Source of the DNA: Squalus acanthias
Lineage: Eukaryota
DNA: 64,000 nucleotides
NCBI GenBank assembly: GCA_030390025.1
Contig: JASTWF010000088.1
Coordinates: 248,001-312,000, forward strand
Reading direction: 5' to 3'
Both the position numbers and the translations under genes were made by a program. Numbering within the stretch: the stretch's first letter is position 1; each line of letters starts with the position of its first letter. Below, in pieces: positions 1 through 11,946 of the stretch. The notes beneath the pieces were generated by a model. That model ran no database searches. It saw only the letters and a program-made list of their open reading frames with translations, and had not been told where the DNA came from.

Positions 1-1387
1 CCACAATCCTTTGCGCGGTGGCCTCAAGGGGGTCCACCGGCAGGAAGGTCCCGCCCACGGTGAGCCCCTTCTCGATGGCCAGGGACACCGCCCGCTCCGA
101 CCCCAGGAAGAACACAGCCTTGCCGTACATTTTAGAGGCGGCGACGATGGCTGAAGGGCCGACAACCCCAGCCATGGCTTTAACGCACGCCTCTATAGTC
201 ATGTTGGGGTGAGTGTAGCTCTTGACCCCATTCTTCCTCGTAAGGAGGGTAAAAGGTGACGGGGTAACAGGAGGACTCGTGGCTGCGGCCGTGGCCGCGG
301 CTGCCACGCTCGCATACGTCCTCGCTGCCCCCGCCACCGACGAAGATGTACTCGCCATAATGGAGGGTTCTTTAAGGGCTACACTCACCCCAAGTCACAG
401 GCCTGAAGGTGTTAATGGCCTTGGTTTTTTTTTCCCTGAGCAGAGGGAGCTCTTAAATTGAAGGCACACCTCTCCCTTTAGTTGATTGAATTGGGAGAGG
501 GGCCTTCTCCCCTCTGCTCAATGGGTATTTAATAAAAAGTTAATTGAGGTGCCTCTTAGAGAGAGAGGCAGAGAGAGACAGAGACAAAGAGAGAGAGAGA
601 GGAGGTAGGAAGGAGGGAAGCCGCAAGGGCAGGGTCGCCACTCAGGATGGTGGGTGGGTGGGTGGGTGGGTGTTGGCAGGGGGTGCACTCTCCGATGTAA
701 TAAAAGTCTTTGGTGGTGGTGGTCTTCTGGTGGGGGGAGAAGATGTCTTCACCTGGGACAGCTGGAGATGCCCAGGCTCAGTCCTGCACCAGGTCTTAAC
801 GATGCCCAATTGGATTAAATTAATTGGGGAACTTCACCTAGGCAGCTCCAGCTGTCCCAGGTCAGGCAATGGGAAAGGGGTGTTTAATATGGTGTGTGCG
901 GCCTAGCTTTTACAAAAGCCACACACACACACACACACCCCTTGGATGTTCCGGCCTTCTTCTTTTCTTCTTTCCTCCCCCCACCTACAAAACAAAGTCT
1001 CTGGGAGAGTGCCCCAGAATCACACCCACCTGTAGCTGTTGTTCTTTCCTTCCTCCTCCTTCCAAACAGTTGATGGTTGTTTTGTTGTTTTCTCCCCTCT
1101 CTCCCTCTCCTAAAATGGAGGCCAATTGAGGAGGCAGTGTGGAAAGGCCTCTCCTCTGGTGTTAATGGCCTTGGCCTTTCTTTTCTTATCTTTCTCCTCT
1201 CCTGTCCTCTCTCTCCAGGCACCTCAGTAGTGGTTGTTGGTTGTTGGTGGTGGTCTGCTGCCTGGTCTCCTTCTCCTTCTCCTCTTCCTGCTCACAGAGA
1301 CCACCACTCTGCTGCTGCTGCTCCTTCGTCAGCAGCTCCGAAAGCTTGTGATTTCAAATAAAGCTGTTGGACTATAACCTGGTGTTG
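1..1387 (-). mobile_element. Tx1-clade non-LTR retrotransposon, copy A (5' UTR and start of ORF1; runs off window)
   Basis: 1-540 is near-identical to 7180-7720 (period about 7179 bp). Joined head-to-tail to copy B at AACCTGGTGTTG (1376-1387). Confidence 0.9.
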
Positions 1388-1454
1388 ATCTTTTTGGTTT
1401 GTCAAATCAAAATTTACTGTAAATCAATTAAAACTTTAAATGAAACTTAACAAA

Positions 1455-4400
1455 TCAAATCAAAATTTGGAAGTCCGGGGTGACGATGCACTCCAGTCCC
1501 CGCGGCGCCCACCGGTCACGGAAAAACTCAAGCGTGCCGGCGGACACCGCGTGCTCCATCTCCAGGGCCACCCGGGCGCGAACATGGCCGCGGAAGAGAG
1601 GCAGGCAATCGGGCCGAACGACCCCCTCGACCGCCCGCTGCCTGGACCAATTAATGGCTTTCTTGGCCAGGCCCAGGAGCAGTCCTACGAGGAGGTCCTC
1701 CGACCTACCCGCTCCCCTCCGCACCGGGTGACCGTAGATCAGGAGCGTGGGGCTGAAGTGCAACCAGAAATTGAGGAGCAGCCCCTTCAAATAATGAAAG
1801 AGGGGCTGCAACCTCTCACATTCAACATAAATGTGATAAACGGACTCCTCCAGGCCGCAAAAATGGCAAGCAGCCTGGGAGTCCGTAAACCTACTTAAAA
1901 TCCTATTGCACGGGACTGCTCCGTGCAACACCCTCCAGGCCAAGTCCCCAATAGAACAAGGGAAGACTCCCGCGTAGAGAGCCTTCCAATGGGGACCTTC
2001 GCCTCCGCCGGACGGCAGGATGGTACGCCAAGGCGTGTCCGGACGGCAGACGAAGATGGCAAAGTGGAGAGTGTGCAGGAGCAGCCCGTACAGGAAACGC
2101 CTCCGTGCGGATTGAAAGGGCACGGAGGGCATTTCTCCGAGAAGGCTCAAGTGGTGAGGCGGCGGCTCCCGAGGGAGGATTCGGGGCCGGGCGCCGATAA
2201 GGAATTCCGTCCGAACGGGGGTCAGTTCGGACGGGATCGCCCCACGTGCTTGAGCCTCCTCGACACACCTAGTGGAGACGGGGCCCAGTGCCACTTTTAG
2301 CGACTCGATGGCTTTGACCGCGAGCCGGACGTTGACCCAAGACATGCGCCTCGCCAACTCCTCCGGCGCCATCCAGCCCGCTCCTCCGCCATCGAGCAGG
2401 TCCCCGACTCTGGTCACCTTACCGGGCACAGCCCTGCCCTCCGCCAGCCAGCCGAACCCGCGGTCGTGGTGGTGCGGATTCCTGAACAGCGGCTCCCGAA
2501 GGACGGCCGCCGCTCCTGACGGGGGAGAACTGCGCTCGGAGGCGACGCTGTTCCAAACCCATAGCAGTTCCTGGTAGAAGACAGGCAGCTCCCGCAGGCT
2601 GGCACGCGTGCCACCCACTCTCACAAACAGGAGCTGCGTGTCGTAATTGAGGCCGTGCAGCTGGCGGAAGAAATACGTCGCCAGCGCACGCCACCTAGGA
2701 GGATTCTCCACGTACAGGTATCTCTGCAGCGTCTGAAGACGGAAAGTCGCCGCCTGGGTGCGAAGGCACACCAGCGCCTGACCGCCCTCCCTAAGCGGGA
2801 GACTCAAAACCGCGGCAGAGACCCAGTGCTTCCTTTTGTCCCAGAAGAAGTCGACGAGCTTCTTCTGCATCTTGGCGACAAACGCAGGGGGAGGGATCAA
2901 AGTGATCAACCGGTACCACAACATGGCGGCCACCAGCTGGTTTATGACCAGCGCTCGACCCCTGTAGGACAACACTCGGAGCAGTCCTGTCCAGCGCCCT
3001 AGGCGAGCGGTGACTTTGGCCTCCAGCTCTTGCCAGTTCGCCGGCCAGGCGTCCTCGGCCGGGCTGAGGTAGACTCCCAGGTAGAGGAGGTGCGTGGTGC
3101 TCCAGGCGAAAGGCCCGAACTCCTCCGGCAGGGAGTCCACCCGCCATGGGCCCACCAGGAGTCCAGAACATTTCTCCCAGTTGATCTTGGCGGAGGATGC
3201 GTCCGAGTAAATCTGCTGGCATTCTCGCATCCTCCGCAAGTCGACGGGATCCGTGACCGCGAGGAGCACGTCATCGGCGTAAGCCGAGAGGACCACCTCC
3301 ACGCCCGGCCCTTGCAGAGCCAGTCCCGTCAACCTCTTCCGCAAGAGGCGCAGGAAAGGCTCCACGCAAACGGCGTATAACTGACCGGACATGGGGCATC
3401 CCTGACGCACCCCCCTCCCGAAGCGAAGGGGCGCCGTCAAAGACCCGTTAACTTTAATGAGACACTCCGCGGCGGCGTACAGAAGTCGGATCCGGGCGAC
3501 GAAATGCGTCCCGAACCCGAATGCGCGCAGAGTCCCGAAAAGATACTCGTGATCCACCCTGTCGAACGCCTTCTCCTGATCCAGGGAAAGGAAGGCGACC
3601 GACAGACCAGCCCTCTGGGAATGGTGGACCAGGTCCCGGACCAGATGGATGTTATCGTGGATACTCCGGCCCGGGACCGTGTAGGACTGGTCGGGGTGGA
3701 TCATGCGGGCCAGCACGGTGCCAAGGCGAGCAGACATAGCCCTGGCGAAAATTTTGTAGTCCGTGCTGAGGAGGGAGACCGGGCGCCAGTTCTTAAGTAG
3801 GCGGAGATCGCCCTTCTTGGGCAGCAGGACGATGACCGCCCTGCGCCAAGAGAGGGGCATCTCCCCGGTCGCCAGACTTTCCCCCAGGACCCGCGCGTAG
3901 TCGTCCCCCAAGACGTCCCAGAACGCCCTGTGGAACTCCACGGTCAGCCCGTCCAGCCCCGGGGACTTGCCCCTCGAGAGCTGGCGCAGGGCGCCGGTCA
4001 GCTCCGCCAGGCTTAGCGGAGCTTCTAAATTCTCGGCGCCCTCCGGGCCGACCTTCGGCAGGTCCTCCCACAAAACTCTGCGCGCATCCTCGCTGGACGG
4101 ATCCGAAGAGAACAGAGCCCCGTAATAGGCCCGGGCCTCCGCGCTGATGCCCTCCGGATCCGAGACCAGAGATCCGTCGTCGGCCAGCAGCCCCAAGAGC
4201 TGCTTACGGACCCCCCGTCTTTTTTCCAGCGAGTAGAAGAAGGGGGAGCCGCGGTCCAGGTCCCGCAGGAACTGGATCCGCGACCTCACGTACGCGCCTC
4301 GGGACCCGACCAGCTGCAGGTCCTTCAGCGCGCCCTTCTTCTCTTCGTACACCTTCCGCAGGGCCGGGTCCTCGACGACTTGACCGAGACGGGACTCCAG

Positions 4401-5354
4401 GTCGAGCACTTCTTTCTCCAATCGCCCGACCCGGGCCTCCCGCCTCTTGGTCGACCCCTTCGCGTACTCCTGACAGAAGACGCGGACGTGAGCCTTGCCC
4501 ACGTCCCACCATAGCCTCAAGGAGGGGAAGCCTCCCCGCTTCCTTCTCCAGTCGGCCCAGAACCGGCGAAACGAATCCCGGAACCGCGCGTCCTCCAGCA
4601 GCAGGTTGTTAAAATGCCAGTACGCGGACCCCCCCCGCGCGCGCAGCGGAGCGAGCTCCGCCCACACCAGGTGGTGGTCCGTGCACGGCACCGGCCGCAT
4701 GGAAGCCGCCGGAACGCAGGAGACGTACGCCCGGGAAATGTAAAGGCGGTCGATTCTGGACCTTCCTCCTCCAGACCTCACGCTCGTGAAGGCGCTGGAG
4801 TCGGGATGGAGATTTCGCCAGACGTCCACCAAGTCGAAGGACCCGACCAGGTCCCGCAACTTCTCCATCGCCGCCGGGCTTCGCGGGGGACCCGACCGGT
4901 CCCGCGCCTCGAGGGTACAATTGAAATCCCCCCCGAGGATGACGCACTCGCCCACGTCGATGGAGCCCAGAAGAGCGGACACTTCTCCGAAGAAGCGCAC
5001 TTGCTGCGCACCGGTCCGGGGGGCGTACACGTTCACTAAATGGAGCGGCACGCCTCCCAGGCGAACAGTGACCTGGAGCAAGCGGCCCGGCACGTGCTCC
5101 TTGACCCTCAAGATCTCCGGCTGAAAATGCGGGGCCAGCAAGACAGCCACCCCGCAGGAATTGTTGGAGAGGTGACTCATGCTGACCCCTCCTTGCCACT
5201 CCAGGAGCCACGTGGCCTCGTCTCCCGGAACGGTGTGGGTTTCTTGCAGGAAGCACACCGCATATTTCCCGTCCCGAAGGACCGAGAAGTTATTGAATCT
5301 ACGGCGCGCCTCCCTGCTGCCGTTGATGTTGAGGCTGGCTATGGTTATCTTCAT
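1455..5354 (-). CDS. Tx1 ORF2: AP endonuclease + reverse transcriptase + C-terminal zinc finger (intact, about 1300 aa)
   Basis: Motifs SLNING, LQETH, GGDFN, RIDRLYI and TDHH (APE); KSPGLDG, WRPVSLL, DQEKAFD, GVRQGCPMS and AYADD (RT); CHFC...H..VEC at the C-terminus. Confidence 0.93.
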   Translation of the reverse strand: MKITIASLNINGSREARRRFNNFSVLRDGKYAVCFLQETHTVPGDEATWLLEWQGGVSMSHLSNNSCGVAVLLAPHFQPEILRVKEHVPGRLLQVTVRLGGVPLHLVNVYAPRTGAQQVRFFGEVSALLGSIDVGECVILGGDFNCTLEARDRSGPPRSPAAMEKLRDLVGSFDLVDVWRNLHPDSSAFTSVRSGGGRSRIDRLYISRAYVSCVPAASMRPVPCTDHHLVWAELAPLRARGGSAYWHFNNLLLEDARFRDSFRRFWADWRRKRGGFPSLRLWWDVGKAHVRVFCQEYAKGSTKRREARVGRLEKEVLDLESRLGQVVEDPALRKVYEEKKGALKDLQLVGSRGAYVRSRIQFLRDLDRGSPFFYSLEKRRGVRKQLLGLLADDGSLVSDPEGISAEARAYYGALFSSDPSSEDARRVLWEDLPKVGPEGAENLEAPLSLAELTGALRQLSRGKSPGLDGLTVEFHRAFWDVLGDDYARVLGESLATGEMPLSWRRAVIVLLPKKGDLRLLKNWRPVSLLSTDYKIFARAMSARLGTVLARMIHPDQSYTVPGRSIHDNIHLVRDLVHHSQRAGLSVAFLSLDQEKAFDRVDHEYLFGTLRAFGFGTHFVARIRLLYAAAECLIKVNGSLTAPLRFGRGVRQGCPMSGQLYAVCVEPFLRLLRKRLTGLALQGPGVEVVLSAYADDVLLAVTDPVDLRRMRECQQIYSDASSAKINWEKCSGLLVGPWRVDSLPEEFGPFAWSTTHLLYLGVYLSPAEDAWPANWQELEAKVTARLGRWTGLLRVLSYRGRALVINQLVAAMLWYRLITLIPPPAFVAKMQKKLVDFFWDKRKHWVSAAVLSLPLREGGQALVCLRTQAATFRLQTLQRYLYVENPPRWRALATYFFRQLHGLNYDTQLLFVRVGGTRASLRELPVFYQELLWVWNSVASERSSPPSGAAAVLREPLFRNPHHHDRGFGWLAEGRAVPGKVTRVGDLLDGGGAGWMAPEELARRMSWVNVRLAVKAIESLKVALGPVSTRCVEEAQARGAIPSELTPVRTEFLIGARPRILPREPPPHHLSLLGEMPSVPFQSARRRFLYGLLLHTLHFAIFVCRPDTPWRTILPSGGGEGPHWKALYAGVFPCSIGDLAWRVLHGAVPCNRILSRFTDSQAACHFCGLEESVYHIYVECERLQPLFHYLKGLLLNFWLHFSPTLLIYGHPVRRGAGRSEDLLVGLLLGLAKKAINWSRQRAVEGVVRPDCLPLFRGHVRARVALEMEHAVSAGTLEFFRDRWAPRGLECIVTPDFQILI

Positions 5355-5379
5355 CTCAGAAGCATAGTGCAACCTCTAC

Positions 5380-7537
5380 CTAACGGAGGGGAGGGAGGGC
5401 GGTCACTGACGACCGCCACTCCCTCAGCAGCCCAGTGTGGAACGTCTTGAGCCGACGCAGCTCGAGCCGGCCAACGTCCTTGTCCGCGCCCATGATTTTA
5501 ACGGCGGCGCGGACGGACACGACGAGCAGCGTCAGCTCCGACCATTTGTCGAGGGCCAGCCGGATCTTCTTGTGACGACCCTGGCTCATGGCCATAAAAT
5601 CCCGGAGTTCCCCTACGGGGATGAGGGGAGAGTCGGTGAAGGGCACGAGGGCGTCCATCGCCTCGCTGCCGATGGACTCCAAATCGTCCTCGTTGCCCCC
5701 CACCGAGTCCCCGTCCTCCTCCGGGAGGTCGTCACCGGCGGCCAACCCATCCGTCACACAGGGTGCAGCGAACGGCTCGGCCGCACCGGCCGGCCCCGCC
5801 TCCGTCACGATCCCACCCCCAGGATCGGTGGCAGAGGAGTCCACCCTGGGCTCCTTCAGGGGCGCCGGGCCGGGAGGCGGCGGCGGCAGTTCGGGGCCCC
5901 CCCCCCGCCTCAGGCGCCGGGGCGACCGGAGAAACCGGGGAGAAAATAATCCCAAATTCCTCCAGCACGTCCGGCGCCAACAACAGAGACGGAGTCAGGG
6001 GGCTTTCCGTCTCCCCGCCACCAACCTCCGACCCAGCAGGCTGGGGATTGCTACACTCCTCCACCAGGTCGAGCAGTCCCTGGGAGATGTCTGGGTTATA
6101 AAAGGCGGGCTCGGCTTCAGCCTCTTTGGCCTCGCCCGCCCCAGTCCCCAGGACGCCCGACCCGGCGAGGAGCAACGGTTCCGGTACTACATTTCCCTCC
6201 GCGGGTTGTTCCGCGCCCCCCTCCACGGGCAGGGTCTCTTCCCCATCCCCGGGAGGCACAGGTCGGACAGACTCGTCTGTCTCACCCTCCCGAGGGACAG
6301 ACGACCCCTGCCGATCGCGCGCGACGATGACGGTGGTGGGGTGGGGCGCAGCACCCGCGGCGGGCGACTGCCCCCCTTTTGCGGAGGGACCTTCCTCCTC
6401 GCAGTCCTCCTGCTGGGGGCGGAGCTTTCTTTTTAACAAGTTGGGGCCCGGAGAGGGGGAGGCCTCCATGTCTGCTGGGGCCTCCCTCTCTGCCCCCTTC
6501 CGACGACTGGGTTTCTTGGGCCCCTCGGGCCCGAGCCCGGCCGCAGGTCTTAATTCAGCTGCCTCAGCAGTTGCGGTCACGGTCGCGGGCCCGGGCACGA
6601 GGACCCCCCCAGTCTCATGCGTCCCGACCAACTCCGCGATATACTCGGGCGTGAGTTCTGTCAATTCCGATGTTTCCTCCGCGAGGGGATCCGCCCTTAG
6701 GTGTTTAGTTTTCCTACGCGCCTTCCTTCCCCCCGGACGCTCTCCCTCCTCCCCGCCGGAGGCCGTGGTGGTGTTGGCCTCCGATTTCGACCGCGCATCC
6801 GTCGCCGTCGACGCGCGGACAGTATCAGGGGGAGGGGGGGCGGCGGCGCCAACCCCGGCCGCGCCAGGTGTCGTGGCGGCCTTGGAGGCGGGGCAGTTTT
6901 TGCGGACGTGCCCCACCTCCTTACAGGCGTAGCACCGCGCGCCGTCCGAGGTCCAGAAGACGCGGTGGGCGGTCCCCCCGTGGAGCACCGTGAACGCGCC
7001 GTCCGCGTCCTCCTCCCGCGCCAGCCGGACGAAAAGCTGGCGCCGGAAGGAGAAGACGTGCCGAAGGCTGGCTTCCCGGAAGCCGAGCGGGATGGGTGTG
7101 ATCCCCGACCTCACCTCCCCCAGTTGACGTAGGTGGGGGAGGAGGAGCTCACCCGGAACAAAGGGCGGGACGTTGGAAACCACAATCCTTTGCGCGGTGG
7201 CCTCAAGGGGGTCCACCGGCAGGAAGGTCCCGCCCACGGTGAGCCCCTTCTCGATGGCCAGGGACACCGCCCGCTCCGACCCCAGGAAGAACACAGCCTT
7301 GCCGTACATTTTAGAGGCGGCGACGATGGCTGAAGGGCCGACAACCCCAGCCATGGCTTTTACACACGCCTCTATAGTCATGTTGGGGTGAGTGTAGCTC
7401 TTGACCCCATTCTTCCTCGTAAGGAGGGTAAAAGGTGACGGGGTAACAGGAGGACTCGTGGCTGCGGCCGTGGCCGCGGCTGCCACGCTTGCGTACGTCC
7501 TCGCTGCCCCCGCCACCGGCGAAGATGTGGTCGCCAT
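5380..7537 (-). CDS. Tx1 ORF1 (gag-like, CCHC zinc knuckle), with an apparent frameshift in the C10 run at 5897-5906
   Basis: CYACKEVGHVRKNC knuckle and VSNVPPF motif. The probable C-terminal helical segment (LRDFMAMSQGRHKK...) lies in the adjacent frame. Confidence 0.8.
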
Positions 7538-8574
7538 AATGGAGGGTTCTTTAAGGGCTACACTCACCCCAAGTCACAGGCCTGAAGGTGTTAATGGCCT
7601 CGGTTTTTTTTTCCCTGAGCAGAGGGAGCTCTTAAATTGAAGGCACACCTCTCCCTTTAGTTGATTGAATTGGGAGAGGGGCCTTCTCCCCTCTGCTCAA
7701 TGGGTATTTAATAAAATGTTAATTGAGGTGCCTCTTAGAGAGAGAGGCAGAGAGAGACAGAGACAAAGAGAGAGAGAGAGGGGGCAGGAAGGAGGGAAGC
7801 CGCAAGGGCAGGGCCGCCACCCAGGATGGTGGGCGGGTGGGTGCCGGCAGGGGGGTGCACTCTCCGATGTAATAAAAGTCTTTGGTTGTGGTCTTCTGGT
7901 GGGGGGAGAAGACGTCTCCACCTGGGACAGCCGGAGATGCCCAGGCCCAGTCCCGCACCAGGTCCCAACGATGCCCAATAAGATAAAACCAACCGGGGAC
8001 TTCACCTAGGCAGCTCCAGCCGTCCCAGGTCAGGCAATGGGAAAGGGGTGTCCAACATGGTGTGTGCGGCCCAGCCTCCACAGAAGCCACACACACTCAC
8101 ACACACACCCCCTAGATGTTCCGGCCCTCCTCCCCTCCTCCCTCCTCCCCCCACCCACAAAACAAAGTCTCTGGGAGAGTGCACCAGAACCACACCCACC
8201 CGCAGCTGCCGCTCCCCCCCTCCTCCCTCCCTCCAAACAGATGATGGACGTCCCGTTGCCCTCTCCCCTCTCTCCCCCTCCCAAAATGGAGGCCAATCGA
8301 GGAGGCAGTGTGGAAAGGCCTCTCCTCCGGTGCCCGACGGCCCCGGCCTTCCCCTCTCATCTTTCTTTCTCCTCTCCTGTCCTCTCTCTCCAGGCACCCC
8401 AGTTGTTGTGGTCGTTGGTTGTTGGTGGCGGCCCGCCGCCCGGTCTCCCCCTCCCCCTCCTCCTCCCGCCCACAGAGACCACCACTCCGCCGCTGCTGCT
8501 TCAGCTGCTCCTTCGTCAGCAGCTCCGAAAGCCCGCGACCTCAAACAAAGCTGTTGGACAACAACCTGGCGTTG

Positions 8575-8627
8575 TGCGACTTCTCATTTTTGTCCACCCC
8601 AGTCCCACACCGGCATCTCCGCATCAT
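8575..8627 (+). mobile_element. Remnant of Penelope-like terminal sequence (downstream half of the Tx1 target)
   Basis: TGCGACTTCTCATTTTTGTCCA...CCGGCATCTCC.CATCAT matches the reverse complement of about 63358-63402. Confidence 0.85.
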
Positions 8628-11587
8628 AAATCAAACATGGCCACAGTAAATACTAATTCTAATAGGTCTAAGAGCGTTAAAAAAACAAGCCTGAAAGCTT
8701 TGTGTCTTAATGCAAGGAGCATTCCGAACAAGGTGGATGAATTAGCTGCGCAAATAGAGGTAAACAAATATGATTTGATTGGGATTACCGAAACATGGCT
8801 CCAGGGTGGCCAAGGCTAGGAACTCAACATCCAGGGGTACTCAATATTCAGGAAAGATAGGCAAAAAGGAAAGGGAGGTGGGGTAGCATTGCTGGTTAAA
8901 GAGGGGATTAACACAATTGAAAGGAAGGATATTAGCTCTGATGATGTGGAATCTGTATGGGTTGAACTGAGAAATAACAAGGGGCAGAAAACATTAGTGG
9001 GAGTGATATATGGACCTCCAAACAGTAATGCGGAGGTTGGGGATGGCATTAAAAGGGAAATTAGAGAAGCGTGCAATAAGGGCACAGCAGTCATCATGGG
9101 TGACTTTAATCTACATATAGATTGGGCTAACCAAATTAGTAACAATACTATGGAGGAGGAATTCCTGGAGTGTTTACGGGATGGTTTCCTGGACCAATAT
9201 GTCGAGGAACCAACCAGAGATCAGGCCATCTTAGACTGAGTATTATGCAATGAGAAAGGATTAATTAGCAATATTGTTGTGCGAGGCCCCTTGGGTCGGA
9301 GCGATCATAATATGATAGAATTCTTCATTAGGATGGAGGGTGAAGTAGTTGACTCAGAGACTGGGGTCCTGAATTTAAATAAAGGAAACTATGATGGTAT
9401 GAGGTGCGAGTTGGGTAGGATTGATTGGGGAATGTCACTCAAAGGGTTGACGGTGGATAGGCAATGGCAAACATTCAAAGACCGCATAGACGAACTACAG
9501 AATTTGTTCATCCCAGTTTGGCATAAGAATAAAACAAAAAGGTTGACTCAACCGTGGCTAACAAGGGAAATTAGGGATAGCATAAGATCCAAGGAGAGGG
9601 CATATAAATTGGCCAGAAAAAGCAGTAACCCTGAGGATTGGGAGCAGTTTAAGATTCAACAAAGGAGGACAAAGGGATTAATTAAGAAGGGGAAAATAGA
9701 ATACGAGAGTAAGCTTGCAGGGAACATAAAAACTGACTGTAAAAGCTTTTATAGATATGTGAAGAGAAAAAGATTAGTGAAATCAAGCATAGGTCCCTTG
9801 CAGTCAGAATCAGGGGAACTTATAATGGGGAACAAAGAAATGTCAGTCCAATTAAATACATATTTTGGTTCTGTCTTCACAAAGGAGGACACAAATAACC
9901 TCCCAGAGATGTTGGGGAACATAGGGTCTGATGAAAGGGAGGAACTGAAAGAAATCAGTATTTGTAGGGAAATGGTGTTAGGGAAATTGAAGGGATTGAA
10001 GGCCGATAAATCCCCAGGGCCTGATAATCTACATCCTAGGGTACTTAAGGAAGTGGCCCTAGAAATAGTAGATGCATTGCTGATCATCTTCCAACATTCG
10101 ATGGAATCTGGAACAGTACCTATGGATTGGAGGGTAGCTAATGTTACCCCACTATTCAAAAAGGGTGGTAGAGAGAAAACGGGGAATTACAGACCTGACA
10201 TCGGTAGTGGGGAAAATGCTAGAATCCATTATAAAAGATGTAATAGCTGAGCACTTGGAAAACAGTGACGGGATCGGACAAAGTCAACATGGATTTACAA
10301 AAGGTAAATCATGCTTGATTAATCTACTGGAATATTTTGAGGATGTAACTGGTAAAATAGATAAGGGAGAACCAGTGGATGTGGTGTATTTGGACTTCCA
10401 AAAGGCTTTTGATAAGGTCCCGCATAAGAGATTAGTGTGTAAAGTTAAGGCACATGGGATTGGGGGCAAGGTATTGACTTGGATAGAGAACTGGTTGGCA
10501 GACAGAAAGCAAAGAGTTGGAATAAACGGGTCTTTTTCCGAGTGGCAGGCAGTGACTAGTGGGGTACCGCAGGGATCGGTCCTTGGACCCCAGCTATTCA
10601 CAATATATATTAATGATCTAGACAAGGGAACTAGATGTAATATCGCCAAGTTTGCAGACGACACAAAACTGGGTGGGCGCGTGTGCTGCGAGGAGGATGC
10701 CGAGAAACTCCAGGATGATTTGGACAGGTTGGGTGATTGGGCAGAAGCGTGGCAGATGCAATACAACGTGGATAAATGCGAAGTTATCCACTTTGGTGTC
10801 AAAAACAGAAAGGCAGATTATTATCTGAATGGCAATAGATTGGGAGACGGGGAAGTGCAACGAGACCTGGGTGTCCTTGTGCACCAGTCGTTGAAGGTAA
10901 GTATGCAGGTGCAGCAGGCGGTTAAGAAGGCAAATGGTATGTTGGCCTTCATAGCGCGAGGGTTTGAGTACAGGAACAAGGATGTTTTGCTGCAGTTGTA
11001 CAGGGCCTTGGCGAGACCACACCTTGAGTACTGTGTGCAGTTTTGGTCGCCTTATTTGAGGAAGGATGTTCTTGCCATGGAAGGAGTTCACCGAAGATTC
11101 ACAAGGCTGATACTTGGGATGGCAGGAATGACGTATGAAGAAAGATTGGGTCGATTGGGCTTATACTCGCTGGAGTTTAGAAGAATGAGAGGGGATCTCA
11201 TTGAAACTTATAAAATTCTGACAGGACAGGACAAACTAGATGCAGGAAGGATGTTCCCGATGCTCGGGGAGTCCAGAACCAGGGGTCACAGTCTAAGGAT
11301 AAGGGGTGAGCCATTTAGCACAGAAATGAGGAGGAATTTCTTCACCCAGAGAGTGGTGAACCTGTGGAATTCTCTGCCACAGAAGGCAGTAGAGGCCAAT
11401 TCATTAAATTGATTCAAGAAGGAGTTGGATATATTTCTTAAGGGTAAAGGGATCAAGGGAAACGTATGGGGAGAAAGCAGGGACAGGGTACTAAATTTGG
11501 ATGATCAGCCATGATCGCATTAAATGGCGGAGCAGGCTAGCGGGGCCGAATGACGTACTCCTGTTCCTATCTTCTATGATTCTATGA
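8628..11587 (+). mobile_element. CR1-clade LINE (ORF2 APE-RT, disrupted by stops and a frameshift)
   Basis: Motifs LNARSI, ITETW, GDFN, KSPGPD, LDFQKAFD, GVPQGSVLGP and KFADD; short repeated tail TTCTATGA. Confidence 0.9.
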
Positions 11588-11589
11588 AG

Positions 11590-11946
11590 AGAGGCACTCG
11601 GGCTGAATGACCCACTCCACCCGTCAGCAGCATCTAACCTGGACCTGTGAATGGCCACATTGGCCGGGCCCAGGAGCAGTCCCACAAAGTGATCTCCCGG
11701 CTTGCCCTCCTCCCTCCACACCGGGTGACCAAAGATCAGGAGGGTGGGACTGAAGTGCAGCCAGAAATGGAGGAGCAGCCCCTTCAAATAGTGGAAGAGG
11801 CTGCAACCCCTCACACTCCATATATACATGGAGCACAGACTCCTCCAGGCTGCAGAAAAGGCAGGCGGCCTGGGAGTCCGTGAACCTGCTTAAAACCTTA
11901 TTGTACGGGACTGCTCAGTGCAACACCCTCCAGGCCAATTCCCCAA
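11590..11946 (-). mobile_element. Old degenerate Tx1-family ORF2 C-terminal fragment
   Basis: Translates to LFHYLKGLLLHFWLHFSPTLLIFGHPV, homologous to copy B at about 1600-1950. Confidence 0.8.

Larger units (their letters stand above)
1388..8574 (-). mobile_element. Tx1-clade non-LTR retrotransposon, full-length copy B
   Basis: Contains a CCHC gag-like ORF1 and an APE-RT ORF2. Bounded by AACCTGGTGTTG (1376-1387) and AACCTGGCGTTG (8563-8574). Short 3' UTR ends ...CCAAAAAGAT with no long poly(A). Confidence 0.92.

Noticed and set aside
601-1387. APOBEC-type C-to-T hypermutation of Tx1 copy A
   Set aside because: The outgroup Penelope sequence and an internal duplicated motif show T is ancestral, so copy B is the derived one.
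5897-5906. Possible programmed frameshift in Tx1 ORF1
   Set aside because: It falls in a 10-base homopolymer; slippage or sequencing error is simpler, and there is no second copy here to compare.
1440-7640. Many overlapping ORFs antisense to or out of frame with the Tx1 ORFs
   Set aside because: Expected shadow ORFs in GC-rich coding sequence; no recognisable domains.
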